This document shows positions 19,736 through 30,519 of a stretch of DNA of 64,000 nt, piece by piece. The position numbers and the translations under genes were made by a program. Where the stretch lies: NCBI GenBank assembly GCA_036376135.1, contig DASVAW010000092.1, positions 17,669 through 81,668 on the forward strand, read 5' to 3'. Position 1 is the first letter of the stretch. Each line of letters opens with the position of its first letter. The stretch comes from Candidatus Polarisedimenticolaceae bacterium. GTDB lineage: Bacteria; Acidobacteriota; Polarisedimenticolia; Polarisedimenticolales; DASRJG01. A model generated the notes under the pieces. That model was not told where the DNA came from. It ran no database searches and saw nothing but the letters and a program-made list of their open reading frames with translations.

Positions 19736-22088
19736 TGCGGAACCGCGCCCGGCCCTGGGTGGAGGCCGGGGGCGTGGGCTCGGAGGGGCGCACCTCCGAA
19801 GGGGCCGGGGGCGAGTCGACCGGCGATTCGCGGGGCGAGGGGCTCTCCTCGGCGGGCCCCACCGCCAGCGGCAGGGTGAACCGGAACGACGTCCCTTCGC
19901 CCAGCCGGCTCTTCGCCTCGATCGAGCAGCCGTGCAGCCGCAGGATCCCCTGCACCACCGCGAGCCCGATCCCCGATCCGCGTCGCGGCCCGCTCGGCGA
20001 TCCGGCCGCCTGGTAATAACGGTCGAAGATCGAGGCGAGCTCCTCCTCGGCGATCCCCATGCCGGTGTCGTGGATCTCGATCGTCGCGAACCCCGGATCG
20101 CCGCGCTGCACCAGGATGTCGATCCGCCCTCCCTGGCGGTTGAACTTGACGGCGTTGCCGAGGAGGTTCAGGAAGACCTGGACGATCTTGTCGCGGTCGG
20201 CGCGCACCTGGAACCGGCCGTCGGCGAACTCGCGCGAGACCTGGACCCCCTTCTGGGTCGTCGCCTCGCGCAGCAGCTCGACCGCCTCGTCGACGAGCGG
20301 CTCGAGGGGGAACACCGAGAGATGGAGCGACTCGACCTCCCGCTCCATGCGCGCGAGTGCGAGCAGGTTGTCGATCAGCCCGATGAGGCGGTCGATGTTG
20401 CGCAGCGACAGCTCGAGCCCGCGCGTCTGCTCGGCGTTCACCGGTCCGAGGCGCCCCTTGAGGATCATCTCGGTGAAGCCCCGGATCGACACGAGCGGCG
20501 TCTGCAGCTCGTGGGACATGCTCGCCAGCAGGTCCGACTTCATCGCGTCGAGCCGGCGCAGCTCCTCGTTGACGCGATGGAGGTCCGCTTCGCGGCGGAC
20601 CACGTCCTCGTGCTCGGCCTTCATCTCGCGGTAGGCCGCCTCGAGCTCCTCCTTCCCCCGGCGCAGCGCGTCCGCCGACGCCGAGAGCGATCGCTCCGAC
20701 GCGGCGGTGGCGGAGAGGTCGCGCAACACGAGCACGCGGCCGTCGAGCGCGCCGCGGCGCCCGCGCAGGGGCGCGAGCATCGCCTCGAAGGCGCGACCGT
20801 CCTCCGCCTCGATCCGCACGCGCGCCGGATCGGTCGGATGCGAGAGGATCAGCCCCGCGAGGCTTCGCCCGGGCTCTCCACGCGCGGTGAGCCGCCGCAC
20901 GAGCTCGTCCTCGGAAAGGCCGAGGACGTCGGACTTCTCCAGCCCCGCGAACTCGAGGAAGGCGCGGTTGGTCATGCGCACCACGCCCCCGGACGGCGCG
21001 TCGGCGACGACCACGAGCCCCTCGGCGGCCGCCTCGACGACCTCGTCGAGGCGGGCCTCGTTGTGGCGCAGTTCCGCCTCGAGCCGCCGCTCGGCCGTCT
21101 CGTCGAAGAGGACCGCGAGCACGACGGCCTCGTCGTCGTGGCGCGCCGAGGTGAGCGCGGCGCGCACGCGCGCGGCGGGGAGGCCGCCCCCGTTGAGCAG
21201 CGTGAGGCGGATGGACTCGCTCTCCCCTTCCTGCGCGCGCTCGAGCCGGGCGACCGCGTCCTGGAAGACCAGCACGTCGGAGGTCGCCACGCGATCGCGC
21301 AGGCGCAGCCCCGCGACCTCGGCGGCCGACAGCCCGAACAGGCCGCCGAGCGCGGCGTTCCCGTACACGACGAGCCCGCCCCGAAGGACCGCGACCGCGG
21401 CCGGGAGTCCCTCGACGAGGCGGCGGTACCGCTCCTCCGACGCCCGAAGCTCCGCCTCGAGGCGCGTCTCGGCGGTGACGTCCTGCACGACGATCACGAA
21501 CCCGGTGGCGTCCCCGGCGGCCGGGCGCGTCGGGCGCACCGTGACCCTCGCGGGGAAGGTCGATCCGTCCTTCCTCCGGAGCCCGTAGCGCCCCTCGATC
21601 CCCTTCTCGCGGAGGTTGCGGCGCGCGAGCTTCGGGAGGATGTCCTTCCAGCCGGTGTCGTCGAAGAGCACCGACAGGGACCGGCCGACCAGCGCGTCGG
21701 ACTCCCAGCCGAACATCGTCGGAGCGCCGCCCCCGAGCGCGCGGATGTCCCAGTCGGGATCGGTCGCCAGCACCGCGTATTCGCGGGCGGTCTCGAGAAT
21801 CGCCCGCAACCCGTCGTCGGCATGTTCCGCCTGCTGCAGCCGGATGCCGACGTCCTGTCCGAGCCGGTTCACCGCGTCCGCGACGAGCGCGAGCTCCGAG
21901 CCGGGCTCGAGCTCGACGCGCGAACGGGTCTTGCCGGAGCGGATCTCCTCGATCGCGGCGACGATGTCCCGGAGGTCGCGCCGCTGGCGGACCCGGGCGG
22001 TGATCGCGAGCAACGCCGCCGCGCAGGCCATCCCGCACGCCGCCGCGAGGACCGCGATACCCGCGAGCCATCCGGCCGGGAGTTCCAT
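19719..22088 (-). CDS. Membrane-anchored multi-PAS sensor histidine kinase
   Basis: 789 aa from the ATG at 22088. One N-terminal TM segment, a HAMP-like segment and several PAS-like blocks. HisKA box SHELQTPL. HATPase boxes NLLGNAVKF, DTGMGI, GSGIGLAVV. Confidence 0.88.
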   Translation of the reverse strand: MELPAGWLAGIAVLAAACGMACAAALLAITARVRQRRDLRDIVAAIEEIRSGKTRSRVELEPGSELALVADAVNRLGQDVGIRLQQAEHADDGLRAILETAREYAVLATDPDWDIRALGGGAPTMFGWESDALVGRSLSVLFDDTGWKDILPKLARRNLREKGIEGRYGLRRKDGSTFPARVTVRPTRPAAGDATGFVIVVQDVTAETRLEAELRASEERYRRLVEGLPAAVAVLRGGLVVYGNAALGGLFGLSAAEVAGLRLRDRVATSDVLVFQDAVARLERAQEGESESIRLTLLNGGGLPAARVRAALTSARHDDEAVVLAVLFDETAERRLEAELRHNEARLDEVVEAAAEGLVVVADAPSGGVVRMTNRAFLEFAGLEKSDVLGLSEDELVRRLTARGEPGRSLAGLILSHPTDPARVRIEAEDGRAFEAMLAPLRGRRGALDGRVLVLRDLSATAASERSLSASADALRRGKEELEAAYREMKAEHEDVVRREADLHRVNEELRRLDAMKSDLLASMSHELQTPLVSIRGFTEMILKGRLGPVNAEQTRGLELSLRNIDRLIGLIDNLLALARMEREVESLHLSVFPLEPLVDEAVELLREATTQKGVQVSREFADGRFQVRADRDKIVQVFLNLLGNAVKFNRQGGRIDILVQRGDPGFATIEIHDTGMGIAEEELASIFDRYYQAAGSPSGPRRGSGIGLAVVQGILRLHGCSIEAKSRLGEGTSFRFTLPLAVGPAEESPSPRESPVDSPPAPSEVRPSEPTPPASTQGRARFRIIRRS

Positions 22089-22090
22089 CG

Positions 22091-23428
22091 TCAGTGCCCC
22101 GCCGCCGGTCCGCCGGCGAAACGTCCCACCGGTCCCGGAAGCGCGAAGAGATAACCCTGCCCGTACGAGGCCCCCGACCGGCGCAGCGCGTCGGCCTCCG
22201 CCTCCGCCTCGACCCCAACCGCGACGACGGGGGCGCCGATCCGCGCCGCGGCCTGGACGATCGAGGTGAACAGCTCGCGCTTGATGAGCTGCTCGTGGAT
22301 CCCCCGGACCAGGCTCGCGTCCACCTTGAGGTAGTCCGGCCGCAGGGTCTCGAGGGCGAGCAGGCTCGCGTACCCCGTCCCCACGTCGTCGAGCGCCAGG
22401 CCGAAGCCGATGCCGCGCAGCTCCTCGCAGGATCGCGCGAACTCCTGCGGCTGCTGCCCGAGGCTCCGCTCGGAGACCTCCAGAACGACGTCTTGCGGTC
22501 GCCGCGAGGCGGAATCGAGGAGCGCCGCGACCGCGCCGCGTTTCCAATCGGGGTCGGCGAGCGAGGTCGCGAGCACGTTGAGGAACAACTTCTCGCCGCC
22601 GCCCATCGCCACCGACGCCCGCAGCGCGGCGGAGCGGCACAGCCGGTCGAGATCGGCGCCGGCGCCCATCCGTCCGGACAACGCGAACATCGCCCGCGGC
22701 ATCTCGAGCGGGCTGCCCTCCGGCCCGCGCGTGAGCGCTTCGAATCCGAAAACGCTCCGGTCGTCGAGGTCCACCACCGGCTGGAAGAGGACGGAGATCG
22801 ACTCGTCGCGGAGGATCCGGCGCAGCTCGGCTCGGGTCGCGTGGTCCCGGCGCTGCTCGCGGCGCCGGTGCTGCGCGCGCGCCTCCTCGACGGCCTGCTG
22901 CACGCGACGCTCGAACCGATAGAACGGGTTCTCGCTGAGCAGCGACCAGCCCGCGCGGAACTCCAGGCGCGGCGAGATCCCGGCGAGGTCGTCGTCGTCG
23001 TCGAACGCCTGCTCGAGCCGCGCGCGCATCAGCCCCGCGACGCGGTCGAGCCACGGGCCGTCGGCCTCGGCTCCCTGCGGCCCTTCGGGGAGGAACACGA
23101 CGAAGCGGTCCCCCGGGACGCCCGCGACGGCGATCATCGCCCCCGGCGGAAGCTCCACCCCCACGCTCTCACGCAGCGTGTCGCTCGCCCGAGCGAGGAC
23201 CCGGTCGAAGACCTGCCATCCGTACAGCGATTCGACGAGGTCGAGGTTCGTCGCCTCGACGTGCACGACCCCGAGGTGGCGCCGCTGGTCGAGCATCCCC
23301 CGGAGGGCGTCGACGAGAAGCGGGTAGGCCGGTAGCCCCGTGTTGCGGTCGTGCAGCGCACCGCGCAGCTTCAGATAGGCGTTGCGGTAACGCTCGAGGG
23401 CCGCGTCGGCGACGCGCGGATCGTCCAC
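22091..23428 (-). CDS. Degenerate GGDEF-like domain plus EAL-domain protein (putative c-di-GMP phosphodiesterase)
   Basis: 445 aa. EAL motifs FEALTRG, LEVSERS, DDVGTGYASL, LKVD, QGYLF. The N-terminal half carries PGDRF where GGDEF is expected. GTG start. Confidence 0.85.
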   Translation of the reverse strand: MDDPRVADAALERYRNAYLKLRGALHDRNTGLPAYPLLVDALRGMLDQRRHLGVVHVEATNLDLVESLYGWQVFDRVLARASDTLRESVGVELPPGAMIAVAGVPGDRFVVFLPEGPQGAEADGPWLDRVAGLMRARLEQAFDDDDDLAGISPRLEFRAGWSLLSENPFYRFERRVQQAVEEARAQHRRREQRRDHATRAELRRILRDESISVLFQPVVDLDDRSVFGFEALTRGPEGSPLEMPRAMFALSGRMGAGADLDRLCRSAALRASVAMGGGEKLFLNVLATSLADPDWKRGAVAALLDSASRRPQDVVLEVSERSLGQQPQEFARSCEELRGIGFGLALDDVGTGYASLLALETLRPDYLKVDASLVRGIHEQLIKRELFTSIVQAAARIGAPVVAVGVEAEAEADALRRSGASYGQGYLFALPGPVGRFAGGPAAGH

Positions 23429-23429
23429 G

Positions 23430-23825
23430 TCAGCTCCGCGCCGCGCGACGCGGGTACGATGCGAGCAGCCGCGCGACGCGGGACACGAGGTCGTCGACCG
23501 CGAACGGCTTCGTGATGAAGTCCGTGGCGCCGTATTGCAGCCCCACGGTCTTGTCGCGTACCTCCCCCTTGACCGAGAACATCGCGACCGGGAGCCCTTC
23601 GAGCTCCTCGTCCTCGCGCAGGAGCCGGAGCGTCTCCCAGCCCCCCATTCCCGGCATGTTGATGTCGAGCAGCACGAGGTCGAACGGCTCCAGGCGCGCC
23701 CGTCGCAGGGCTTCCTCGCCGCCGGCGGCGGACTGGACGTCGTACCCCGCCCCGGAGAGGATCAGCGAGGTCATCTCGCGGATCTCCTCCTGGTCGTCGA
23801 CCACGAGGACGCGCGGCACGCTCAT
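23430..23825 (-). CDS. Single-domain response regulator (receiver only)
   Basis: 131 aa, RVLVVDDQEE...DLVLLDINMPGMGG...ATDFITKPF. The ATG overlaps the upstream stop (ATGA). Confidence 0.9.
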   Translation of the reverse strand: MSVPRVLVVDDQEEIREMTSLILSGAGYDVQSAAGGEEALRRARLEPFDLVLLDINMPGMGGWETLRLLREDEELEGLPVAMFSVKGEVRDKTVGLQYGATDFITKPFAVDDLVSRVARLLASYPRRAARS

Positions 23826-24490
23826 GCCGCCCCCCTCCCGCGGCTCCACCGCACGATCTCCGCGCGGTCGGAGGCCGCGAGCGTCGTGAACCGGATTCCC
23901 GCTCCGACCGGCGCCTTCTCCACCTCGACGCGCACGATCTCGCCCCTCGCGGACACGCGCGGCGCGCCGGGGATCGGGAGGGTGAACGCGAGGTCGATCC
24001 GGGCCCCCGCCTCGAGCGGGTCCCGCGTGGCGAGGAACATCCCCTCCGGGGAAAGATCGCGGGTGAAACCGCTCCCCTCCACCGCTCCCGAGCGGAACTC
24101 GACGGCGAGGGAGACGTCCACCCGCCCCTCGTCGCGCTCGCTCCACGACAGGTGTTTTCTCGCGGCATCCAGCAGGCGCGCCACGGTGATCGGCCGCGAG
24201 ACGAACCCGTCGGCGAGCGACGCGTCGAGTCGCTCCTGCTCCCCGGGAGTCGCCAGGATCAGCACGGGAATACCCGGGCTCGCCTCGCGGAGGTGCGCGA
24301 TCGCCGCGCCAAGCTCCGTCGCGACGTGGTGCGGGTCGAGGACGACGAGCCCCGCTCCGTCGGAGCGGAGCAGCGCGTGCGCGCGGTCGATCAACGCCTC
24401 GTACCGGACGTCGACGCCCCGCCGGGCCAGCGGCGAGCCCTCGAGCGCCGGAGCGTGGCGCGCGTCCCCGATCACGAGGATCGCCGGCAT
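23822..24490 (-). CDS. Receiver-like domain fused to a PilZ domain (c-di-GMP receptor candidate)
   Basis: 222 aa from the ATG at 24490. PilZ motifs RDEGR (RxxxR) and DLSPEG (DxSxxG). The receiver keeps VVLD but has SRP in place of the conserved KP. The track ORF extends toward the tRNA-Gly gene (its end abuts the tRNA at 24642) and is rejected. Confidence 0.78.
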   Translation of the reverse strand: MPAILVIGDARHAPALEGSPLARRGVDVRYEALIDRAHALLRSDGAGLVVLDPHHVATELGAAIAHLREASPGIPVLILATPGEQERLDASLADGFVSRPITVARLLDAARKHLSWSERDEGRVDVSLAVEFRSGAVEGSGFTRDLSPEGMFLATRDPLEAGARIDLAFTLPIPGAPRVSARGEIVRVEVEKAPVGAGIRFTTLAASDRAEIVRWSRGRGAA

Positions 24491-24641
24491 CCGTTCCCCT
24501 CGACGCGCGCGCCACACGGGTCCCCTCGACCCGCGAGCGCGCGACACCGCTAAAGTACGATGGCCTACAAGGGCGGCCAACAGGGAATTCTCGCGTCGTG
24601 ACGCCGAATTTCCCGACGTCGCCGACGTCGGGTTCAAGGAG

Positions 24642-24717
24642 TGGAGCGGGAAACGGGATTCGAACCCGCGACCCTCAGCTTGGGAAGCTGATGCTCTACC
24701 AACTGAGCTATTCCCGC
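24642..24717 (-). tRNA. tRNA-Gly (anticodon CCC), CCA encoded
   Basis: The reverse complement GCGGGAATAGCTCAGTTGGTAGAGCATCAGCTTCCCAAGCTGAGGGTCGCGGGTTCGAATCCCGTTTCCCGCTCCA folds as a cloverleaf. Confidence 0.95.
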
Positions 24718-24739
24718 TCTCCCGGAAAGCGCGCGGAGG

Positions 24740-25849
24740 TTAGCGCCAAGCGCCGGTTCCCCGCAAGCCCGAAGCGATCCACCCCCCGCCGAGGACGAAG
24801 TCGCCGTCGTAGAAGACGGCGGCCTGGCCCGGGGTGATCGCCCGCTGCGGCTCTTCGAAGCGGACGTCCGCCGTCCCGTCCCCCCGATCGACCACGGTGG
24901 CGGCGACGCCGGCGTGGGTCGAGCGCACCCGCACCGTCGCGCGAAGGGTCCCGGCCGGGCGCTCGAAGGGGATCCACCGGACGCGCGCGACGACGCACCC
25001 TTCCGCGAGGAGCGACGCCTCGTCCCCGACGATCACGCGCCGCGCGGGGGCGTCGATGCCGATCACGTAGAGCCGATCCCCCGAAGCGAGACCGAGGCCC
25101 CGCCGCTGCCCGACGGTGAAACGATCGATCCCGTCGTGCCGGCCGAGGACGCGACCGCCGCCGTCCACGATCTCCCCCCCCTCGCGACCCGCCCCCGGGG
25201 CGTGGCGGCCGAGGACCTCGCGATACGACTCCCCTTCCGCGACGAAGCACAGGTCCATCGACTCCGGCTTCGCGGCGGTGGCGAGCCCGAGCGCGCGCGC
25301 CACCTCCCGGACCTCGTCCTTGGTCATCCCGCCGAGCGGGAACGACGCCGACGCCAGCTGGTCCTGCGAGAGATCGAAAAGGAAATACGACTGGTCCTTC
25401 GACGCGTCCCGCGCGCGGCGGAGGAGCGTCCGGCCGGTCGCCGCGTCCCGCTCGAGGATCGCGTAGTGCCCCGTCGCGACGCCGCCGGCGCCGACCGCCC
25501 GCGCGCGCTCGAGCAGCGCCCCGAACTTCATGAAGGTGTTGCAGCGTACGCACGGGGAGGGCGTGCGCCCCGCGGCGTAGTCGTCGGCGAAGGGAGAGAG
25601 CACGTGGCGGCGGAAGTCGTCCTCCATGTCGAGGACGTAGTGCGGGATCCCCAATCGGTCGGCGACCTGCCGCGCGTCGCGGAAGTCGTCGGGGGAGCAG
25701 CATTTCCCGTAGCGCTCCTCGACCCCCGCGAGGCGGTCGACCAGCTGCATCGAGAACCCGGCGAGCACGCTCCCCTCCCGGGCGAGCAGCGCCGCCGCCA
25801 CCGAGCTGTCCACCCCCCCGCTCATCGCGGCCGCCCATCGCGTCGCCAT
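24740..25849 (-). CDS. mnmA: tRNA 2-thiouridine(34) synthase
   Basis: 369 aa from the ATG at 25849, [16 protein letters not shown]...CCSPDD...[10 protein letters not shown]...ATGHYA. Confidence 0.92.
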   Translation of the reverse strand: MATRWAAAMSGGVDSSVAAALLAREGSVLAGFSMQLVDRLAGVEERYGKCCSPDDFRDARQVADRLGIPHYVLDMEDDFRRHVLSPFADDYAAGRTPSPCVRCNTFMKFGALLERARAVGAGGVATGHYAILERDAATGRTLLRRARDASKDQSYFLFDLSQDQLASASFPLGGMTKDEVREVARALGLATAAKPESMDLCFVAEGESYREVLGRHAPGAGREGGEIVDGGGRVLGRHDGIDRFTVGQRRGLGLASGDRLYVIGIDAPARRVIVGDEASLLAEGCVVARVRWIPFERPAGTLRATVRVRSTHAGVAATVVDRGDGTADVRFEEPQRAITPGQAAVFYDGDFVLGGGWIASGLRGTGAWR

Positions 25850-25859
25850 CGGCGTCACC

Positions 25860-26993
25860 CTAGCAGCGCGCCGCACGCGAGGCGCGCAGCCTCGCCGCGA
25901 TGCGGGGGAGAACCTCCAGCAGGCGCTCGACGTCCGCGTCGGAGGTCGACGGTCCCATCGAGACGCGCACGGCCCCCCGCGCCTCCGCCTCGTCGTACCC
26001 CATCGCGCGGATCACGTGGGACGGCTCGACGGCCCCCGAGGCGCAGGCGGAGCCGGTCGAGACGGAAATCCCCTCGAGGTCGAGGGCGATCACCAGCAGC
26101 TCCCCGTCGGCCCCGGGGATGGCGAAGTTGCTGGTGTTGGGAAGGCGGGGCGCCCCCGCGCCGTGGATTCTCACGTCGGGGACGACCGCGCGCAGCGCCG
26201 ACTCGAATCCGTCCCGCAGAGGGGCGAGGTGCGCGGGGGCCGGCTCGAGGGCGGCCGCCGCGAAGGCGCCCGCGAGGGCGACGGGCTCGGTCCCGGCGCG
26301 CCGGCGCCGCTCCTGCGGCCCCCCGGTGATCGAAGGGACGAGCGTCGTTCCGTCGCGCACGACGAGCACGCCGACCCCCGCCGGTCCTCCCAGCTTGTGG
26401 GACGAAATCGCCAGCATCGCGGCGTCGCGGTACGCGTCGAGGGGAACACGCCCCGCGGCCTGGGCCGCGTCGCAAAGGAACGGGATCCCGCGCGCCCGGC
26501 ACCCGCGCGCGACCTCGGCAGCCGGCTGGAGGGTCCCGGTCTCGGGATTGGCCGCCTGCAGGGCCGCCACCGCTGCACCGTCCCCCAAGGCCTCGAGAAA
26601 CCTGCCGGCATCCACCGTTCCATCGCGGTCGCATGGAACCTCGACGAGAGAGAAACCCGAGGCGGCGAGCGCGCGCGCGGTCTCGAGAACGGCCGAGTGC
26701 TCCACCGCGCCGACCACGACACGGCGGGGGGACCGCGTCGCGCGGGCCGCGGCGCCGCGCAGCGCCGCGTTGATCGCCTCGGTGGCCCCGCTGGTGAAAA
26801 CGACCTCGGAAGGACTGCACGCGGCGAACGAGGCCAGGGACGCTCGCGCCTGCTCGAGGGCGGCGCGCGCGCGCCGACCCTCGGCGTGAAGGGACGAAGG
26901 GTTCCCCAGCCCCGACGCGGCGGCGTCCTCCAGTGCCCGGCGGGCCGACGGCACGAGTGGTGCGGCGGCGTTGTAGTCGAGGTAGACGCGCAT
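25860..26993 (-). CDS. Cysteine desulfurase (NifS/IscS class V aminotransferase)
   Basis: 377 aa, [12 protein letters not shown]...[10 protein letters not shown]...[13 protein letters not shown]...[11 protein letters not shown]. Confidence 0.9.
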   Translation of the reverse strand: MRVYLDYNAAAPLVPSARRALEDAAASGLGNPSSLHAEGRRARAALEQARASLASFAACSPSEVVFTSGATEAINAALRGAAARATRSPRRVVVGAVEHSAVLETARALAASGFSLVEVPCDRDGTVDAGRFLEALGDGAAVAALQAANPETGTLQPAAEVARGCRARGIPFLCDAAQAAGRVPLDAYRDAAMLAISSHKLGGPAGVGVLVVRDGTTLVPSITGGPQERRRRAGTEPVALAGAFAAAALEPAPAHLAPLRDGFESALRAVVPDVRIHGAGAPRLPNTSNFAIPGADGELLVIALDLEGISVSTGSACASGAVEPSHVIRAMGYDEAEARGAVRVSMGPSTSDADVERLLEVLPRIAARLRASRAARC

Positions 26994-27054
26994 CGGACTC
27001 CCGGGAGGTCCCGAACCCGTGTGTTAAAGTAGCGGCCCCGCTGAGGAATTCCAA

Positions 27055-29970
27055 GTGTCGAAGAACGTTGAACTTAAGGGAACGGTCCACCTTCCCAGGA
27101 CCGAGTTCCCGATGAAGGCCGACCTCCCGCAGCGCGAACCGAAGGTCCTCGACTGGTGGGACCGGATCGACGCCTACGGGAAGATCCGCGAGGCCAGGCG
27201 GGGGGCGGTCCCCTACGTCCTCCACGACGGCCCCCCCTACGCCAACGGGAACATCCACCTCGGTCAGGCGCTCAACAAGATCCTGAAGGACTTCGTCGTG
27301 AAGTCCCGCTCGATGATGGGGCACGACGCCCCGTACGTCCCCGGGTGGGACTGCCACGGCCTGCCGATCGAACATCGCGTGGACAAGGAGATCGGGGCGA
27401 AGAAGGCGGGGTTGGGCCCCCTCGAGGTGCGCCGCCGCTGCCGCGAATACGCGGAGAAGTTCATCGCCGTCCAGAAGGCCGAGTTCCGCCGCCTCGGCGT
27501 GTTGTGGGACCGCCGCCTCGACGCCGAGGAGGAGGCCGCGAACGCCCCGAGCCGCCGCGCGATCTACCGCACCCTCGACGCGACCTACGAGGCCGAGATC
27601 GTGCGCCAGATCGGGCGCTTCTTCACGAAGGGGGGCGTGTACTACGGCGAGAAGCCGGTGCACTGGTGTTTCTCCTGCCGCACCGCCCTCGCGGAGGCCG
27701 AGGTCGAATACGAGGACCGCACCGATCCGTCGATCTACGTGAAATTCCCGGTCCGCGGGCTCGACAGGCGCGTCCCGGCCCTCACGGGTCGTTCCGTGTC
27801 GGTCGTCATCTGGACGACGACCCCGTGGACCCTTCCCGCCAATCTCGCCGTTTGCCTGCACCCCGACCTCGTGTACGTCGCCGTCGAAACGGGCTCCGAC
27901 ACCTTCGTCGTCGCGGAGGGGCTCCTCGAGGACGTGCGCGCGAAGCTCGCCTGGGACGACGCCCCGGTCGTCGCCCGATTCACCGGCGGCGAGCTCGTCG
28001 GCGAGGGAGAGGACTGGGTGGGCGCTTCGGCTCCGGTGACCCGCCCGTACGGCGACGCCCCCGGAGTCCTCGTCCTCGGGTCCCACGTCACGCTCGACGC
28101 GGGCACGGGATGCGTGCACACCGCCCCCGGGCACGGCGCCGACGACTTCAACGTCGGGACGCGCTACGGCCTGCCGCCGTTCAACCCGGTCGCGGACGAC
28201 GGGACCTTCCTCGCCGATCGCGTCGGTCCCGCGTGGCTGAAGGGCGTGCACGTGCTGAAGGCGAATCCCCTCATCGTCGAGGACCTCGGCGCGCGCGGCC
28301 TTTTGCTGCGACACGACCCGTACCCGCACAGCTACCCGCACTGCTGGCGCTGCCACAACCCGGTCCTCTTCCGCGCGACGCCGCAGTGGTTCATCGCGAT
28401 GGAGGCCGACGCCCTGCGGGCGAAGGCGCTCGACCAGATCCACGCCGCGGCGTGGCTTCCCGCCTTCGGCGAGACCCGGATCGCCCAGATGATCCAGACG
28501 CGGCCCGACTGGTGCATCTCGCGCCAGCGCACCTGGGGCGTGCCCATCCCGGCGGTGGTCTGCGAGCGATGCCTGCCTTCCCACCCGGACGCGTTCGTTC
28601 GGGACGAGTCCTTCTTCGAGCACGTGCGTCAGCTGTTCCTCCGCGAGGGCTCGAACGCCTGGTTCGGGGCGCCGGGCCCGGACGGGAACCCGGTGGCCTA
28701 CGCCTCCGCCGAGGAGCGGCTCGCGCGGATCCTCCCCTCCTCGATTGCGTGCCCGGTGTGCGCGAAGCGCGATCGCCTCGCGGTCCACGAACACATCGTG
28801 GACGTCTGGTTCGAGTCCGGGGTCTCGCATTCGGCGGTACTCGGCGCCGATCCGACCCTGCCGTGGCCGTCCGACCTCTATCTCGAAGGGCACGACCAGT
28901 ACCGCGGGTGGTTCCACTCGTCGCTGCTCGTCGGGACGAACGATCGCGGGCGGGCGCCGTACCGGGGAGTGGTCACGCACGGATTCACGCTCGACGGCGA
29001 CGGCCGGAAGATGTCGAAGTCGCTCGGGAACGTGATCTCCCCGCTCGACGTCGCCGGGAAACGCGGCGCCGAGATCCTGCGGCTGTGGGTCTCGATGATC
29101 GATTTCCTCGAGGACATGCGCCTGTCGGAGGAGATCCTCGATCGCAACGCCGAGGCCTACCGGAAGATCCGCAATACCTTCCGCTACCTTCTCGGGAACC
29201 TCGATGGCTTCGACGCGCGCGCCGACGCGGTCGCCTACGCCGAGCTCGAGCCGATCGACCGATGGGCCCTCCACCAGTTCGAGGGATTCCGGCGACGCGT
29301 GGTCGAGGCGTATGCCGCGCACCAGTACCACGTCGTCTACCACGAGATGAACCGTTTCTGCACGGTGACGCTCTCGTCGATCTACCTCGACATCCTCAAG
29401 GACCGCCTGTACACGGCGCCCAAGCGCTCGCGCGCGCGTCGTTCGGCCCAGACGGTGCTGTGGCGGCTCGCCTCCGGGATGGCGCGGCTGACCGCGCCGA
29501 TCCTCTGCTTCACGGGCGAGGAGGTCTGGCAGGAGCTCGAGGGGCTCTCCGGCCGCGAGCGCTGGGGCACCTCCACCGTCCACGCGCAGGTCTTCCCGGA
29601 GGCGGACTCCCTCCCGGACGAACGCGATCTGGTGGAGCGGTTCGACCGCCTGTTCGTCGTGCGCGAGGAGATCTACAAGGCGCTCGAGCAGGCGCGCGCC
29701 GGAAAACGCATCGGAAGCGCGCTCGACGCGAAGGTCCGGATCGCGGGACCGCGCGACGTCGTCGATCTGCTCGCCTCGTTCGGCGCCGACCTCCGCTTCC
29801 TGCTCATCGTGAGCGGCTTCGAGCTCCTCGAGGCGCCGCAGCTCTCGGTCGAGGTCCTGCCCGCGGACGGCGCGAAGTGCGAACGCTGCCGCAACTGGAC
29901 CGAGGACGTGGGCGCCGACGCCGAATACCCCACGATCTGCGGCCGGTGCGCGGCGGCGGTGCGCGCATGA
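27055..29970 (+). CDS. ileS: Isoleucine--tRNA ligase
   Basis: 971 aa, [15 protein letters not shown] (HIGH) and KMSKSLGN (KMSKS), with a C-terminal zinc-finger CERC...CGRC. GTG start with GAGGA Shine-Dalgarno and a TGtTAAAGT extended -10 upstream. Confidence 0.96.
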   Translation: MSKNVELKGTVHLPRTEFPMKADLPQREPKVLDWWDRIDAYGKIREARRGAVPYVLHDGPPYANGNIHLGQALNKILKDFVVKSRSMMGHDAPYVPGWDCHGLPIEHRVDKEIGAKKAGLGPLEVRRRCREYAEKFIAVQKAEFRRLGVLWDRRLDAEEEAANAPSRRAIYRTLDATYEAEIVRQIGRFFTKGGVYYGEKPVHWCFSCRTALAEAEVEYEDRTDPSIYVKFPVRGLDRRVPALTGRSVSVVIWTTTPWTLPANLAVCLHPDLVYVAVETGSDTFVVAEGLLEDVRAKLAWDDAPVVARFTGGELVGEGEDWVGASAPVTRPYGDAPGVLVLGSHVTLDAGTGCVHTAPGHGADDFNVGTRYGLPPFNPVADDGTFLADRVGPAWLKGVHVLKANPLIVEDLGARGLLLRHDPYPHSYPHCWRCHNPVLFRATPQWFIAMEADALRAKALDQIHAAAWLPAFGETRIAQMIQTRPDWCISRQRTWGVPIPAVVCERCLPSHPDAFVRDESFFEHVRQLFLREGSNAWFGAPGPDGNPVAYASAEERLARILPSSIACPVCAKRDRLAVHEHIVDVWFESGVSHSAVLGADPTLPWPSDLYLEGHDQYRGWFHSSLLVGTNDRGRAPYRGVVTHGFTLDGDGRKMSKSLGNVISPLDVAGKRGAEILRLWVSMIDFLEDMRLSEEILDRNAEAYRKIRNTFRYLLGNLDGFDARADAVAYAELEPIDRWALHQFEGFRRRVVEAYAAHQYHVVYHEMNRFCTVTLSSIYLDILKDRLYTAPKRSRARRSAQTVLWRLASGMARLTAPILCFTGEEVWQELEGLSGRERWGTSTVHAQVFPEADSLPDERDLVERFDRLFVVREEIYKALEQARAGKRIGSALDAKVRIAGPRDVVDLLASFGADLRFLLIVSGFELLEAPQLSVEVLPADGAKCERCRNWTEDVGADAEYPTICGRCAAAVRA

Positions 29971-30512
29971 GCCTCAGGGACGATTTCCGGAAGCGGCGTC
30001 TCTACTTCCTCGCCACCGCGGTCGCGGTGATCCTCGACCAGGCGACGAAGCTCGCGGCGGTCTCGTGGCTGCAGGGGAAGGGGCAGGTCCCCGTGATCCC
30101 CGGATTCCTGAACCTGTGGTTCTCGACCAACCGGGGCGGGCTGTTCGGCTACTTCGGGAACCTCGACGAGCCCTGGCGCACGATCCTGCTCGTCGGCATG
30201 CCCCTCGTGTTCGTGGTCGGGATGGTGCTGTTCATCGCCCGGACGGACGAGCCCGATCGCGCGACCCTGTTCGGCCTCGCGATGATGCTCGGAGGGGCGG
30301 TGGGGAACCTGATCGACCGCATCTTCCGCGGGGAGGTGGTCGACTTCCTCGACGTCTACGCGTCGAGCCCGAAGGTGGCCACCTTCGTCCTCGAGCGTTT
30401 CGGCACGGTTCACTGGCCGACCTTCAACGTCGCCGATTCGGCGATCGTCGTCGGCGCGGTCCTGCTCCTGGTGGACGTCTTCCGGCCCTCGAGCAAGGAA
30501 GGGAAGGGTTAG
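29967..30512 (+). CDS. lspA: Signal peptidase II (lipoprotein signal peptidase)
   Basis: 181 aa, ..[19 protein letters not shown]...[10 protein letters not shown]...VDFLD...[11 protein letters not shown]. The ATG overlaps the ileS stop (ATGA). Confidence 0.93.
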   Translation: MSLRDDFRKRRLYFLATAVAVILDQATKLAAVSWLQGKGQVPVIPGFLNLWFSTNRGGLFGYFGNLDEPWRTILLVGMPLVFVVGMVLFIARTDEPDRATLFGLAMMLGGAVGNLIDRIFRGEVVDFLDVYASSPKVATFVLERFGTVHWPTFNVADSAIVVGAVLLLVDVFRPSSKEGKG

Positions 30513-30519
30513 CGGCGCC

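Noticed and set aside
24611-24632. Hairpin CCCGACG-tcgccga-CGTCGGG just downstream of tRNA-Gly, considered as a terminator
   Set aside because: It lacks a U-tract in the tRNA orientation. It may aid 3' processing or termination, but the evidence is too weak to call it.
24600-24720. tRNA-adjacent genomic island or integrase at tRNA-Gly, tRNA-Glu/Lys or tRNA-Ala/Val
   Set aside because: No integrase, transposase, direct repeat of a tRNA 3' end or compositional shift is visible next to any of the five tRNAs. The flanking genes are ordinary housekeeping or signalling genes.
25855-29583. 1242-aa ORF on the minus strand, antisense to ileS and the cysteine desulfurase gene
   Set aside because: Arg/Gly/Pro/Asp-rich, low-complexity translation typical of the antisense frame of GC-rich genes. 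The opposite strand carries unmistakable IleS motifs (HIGH, KMSKS). It is a GC-content artefact.
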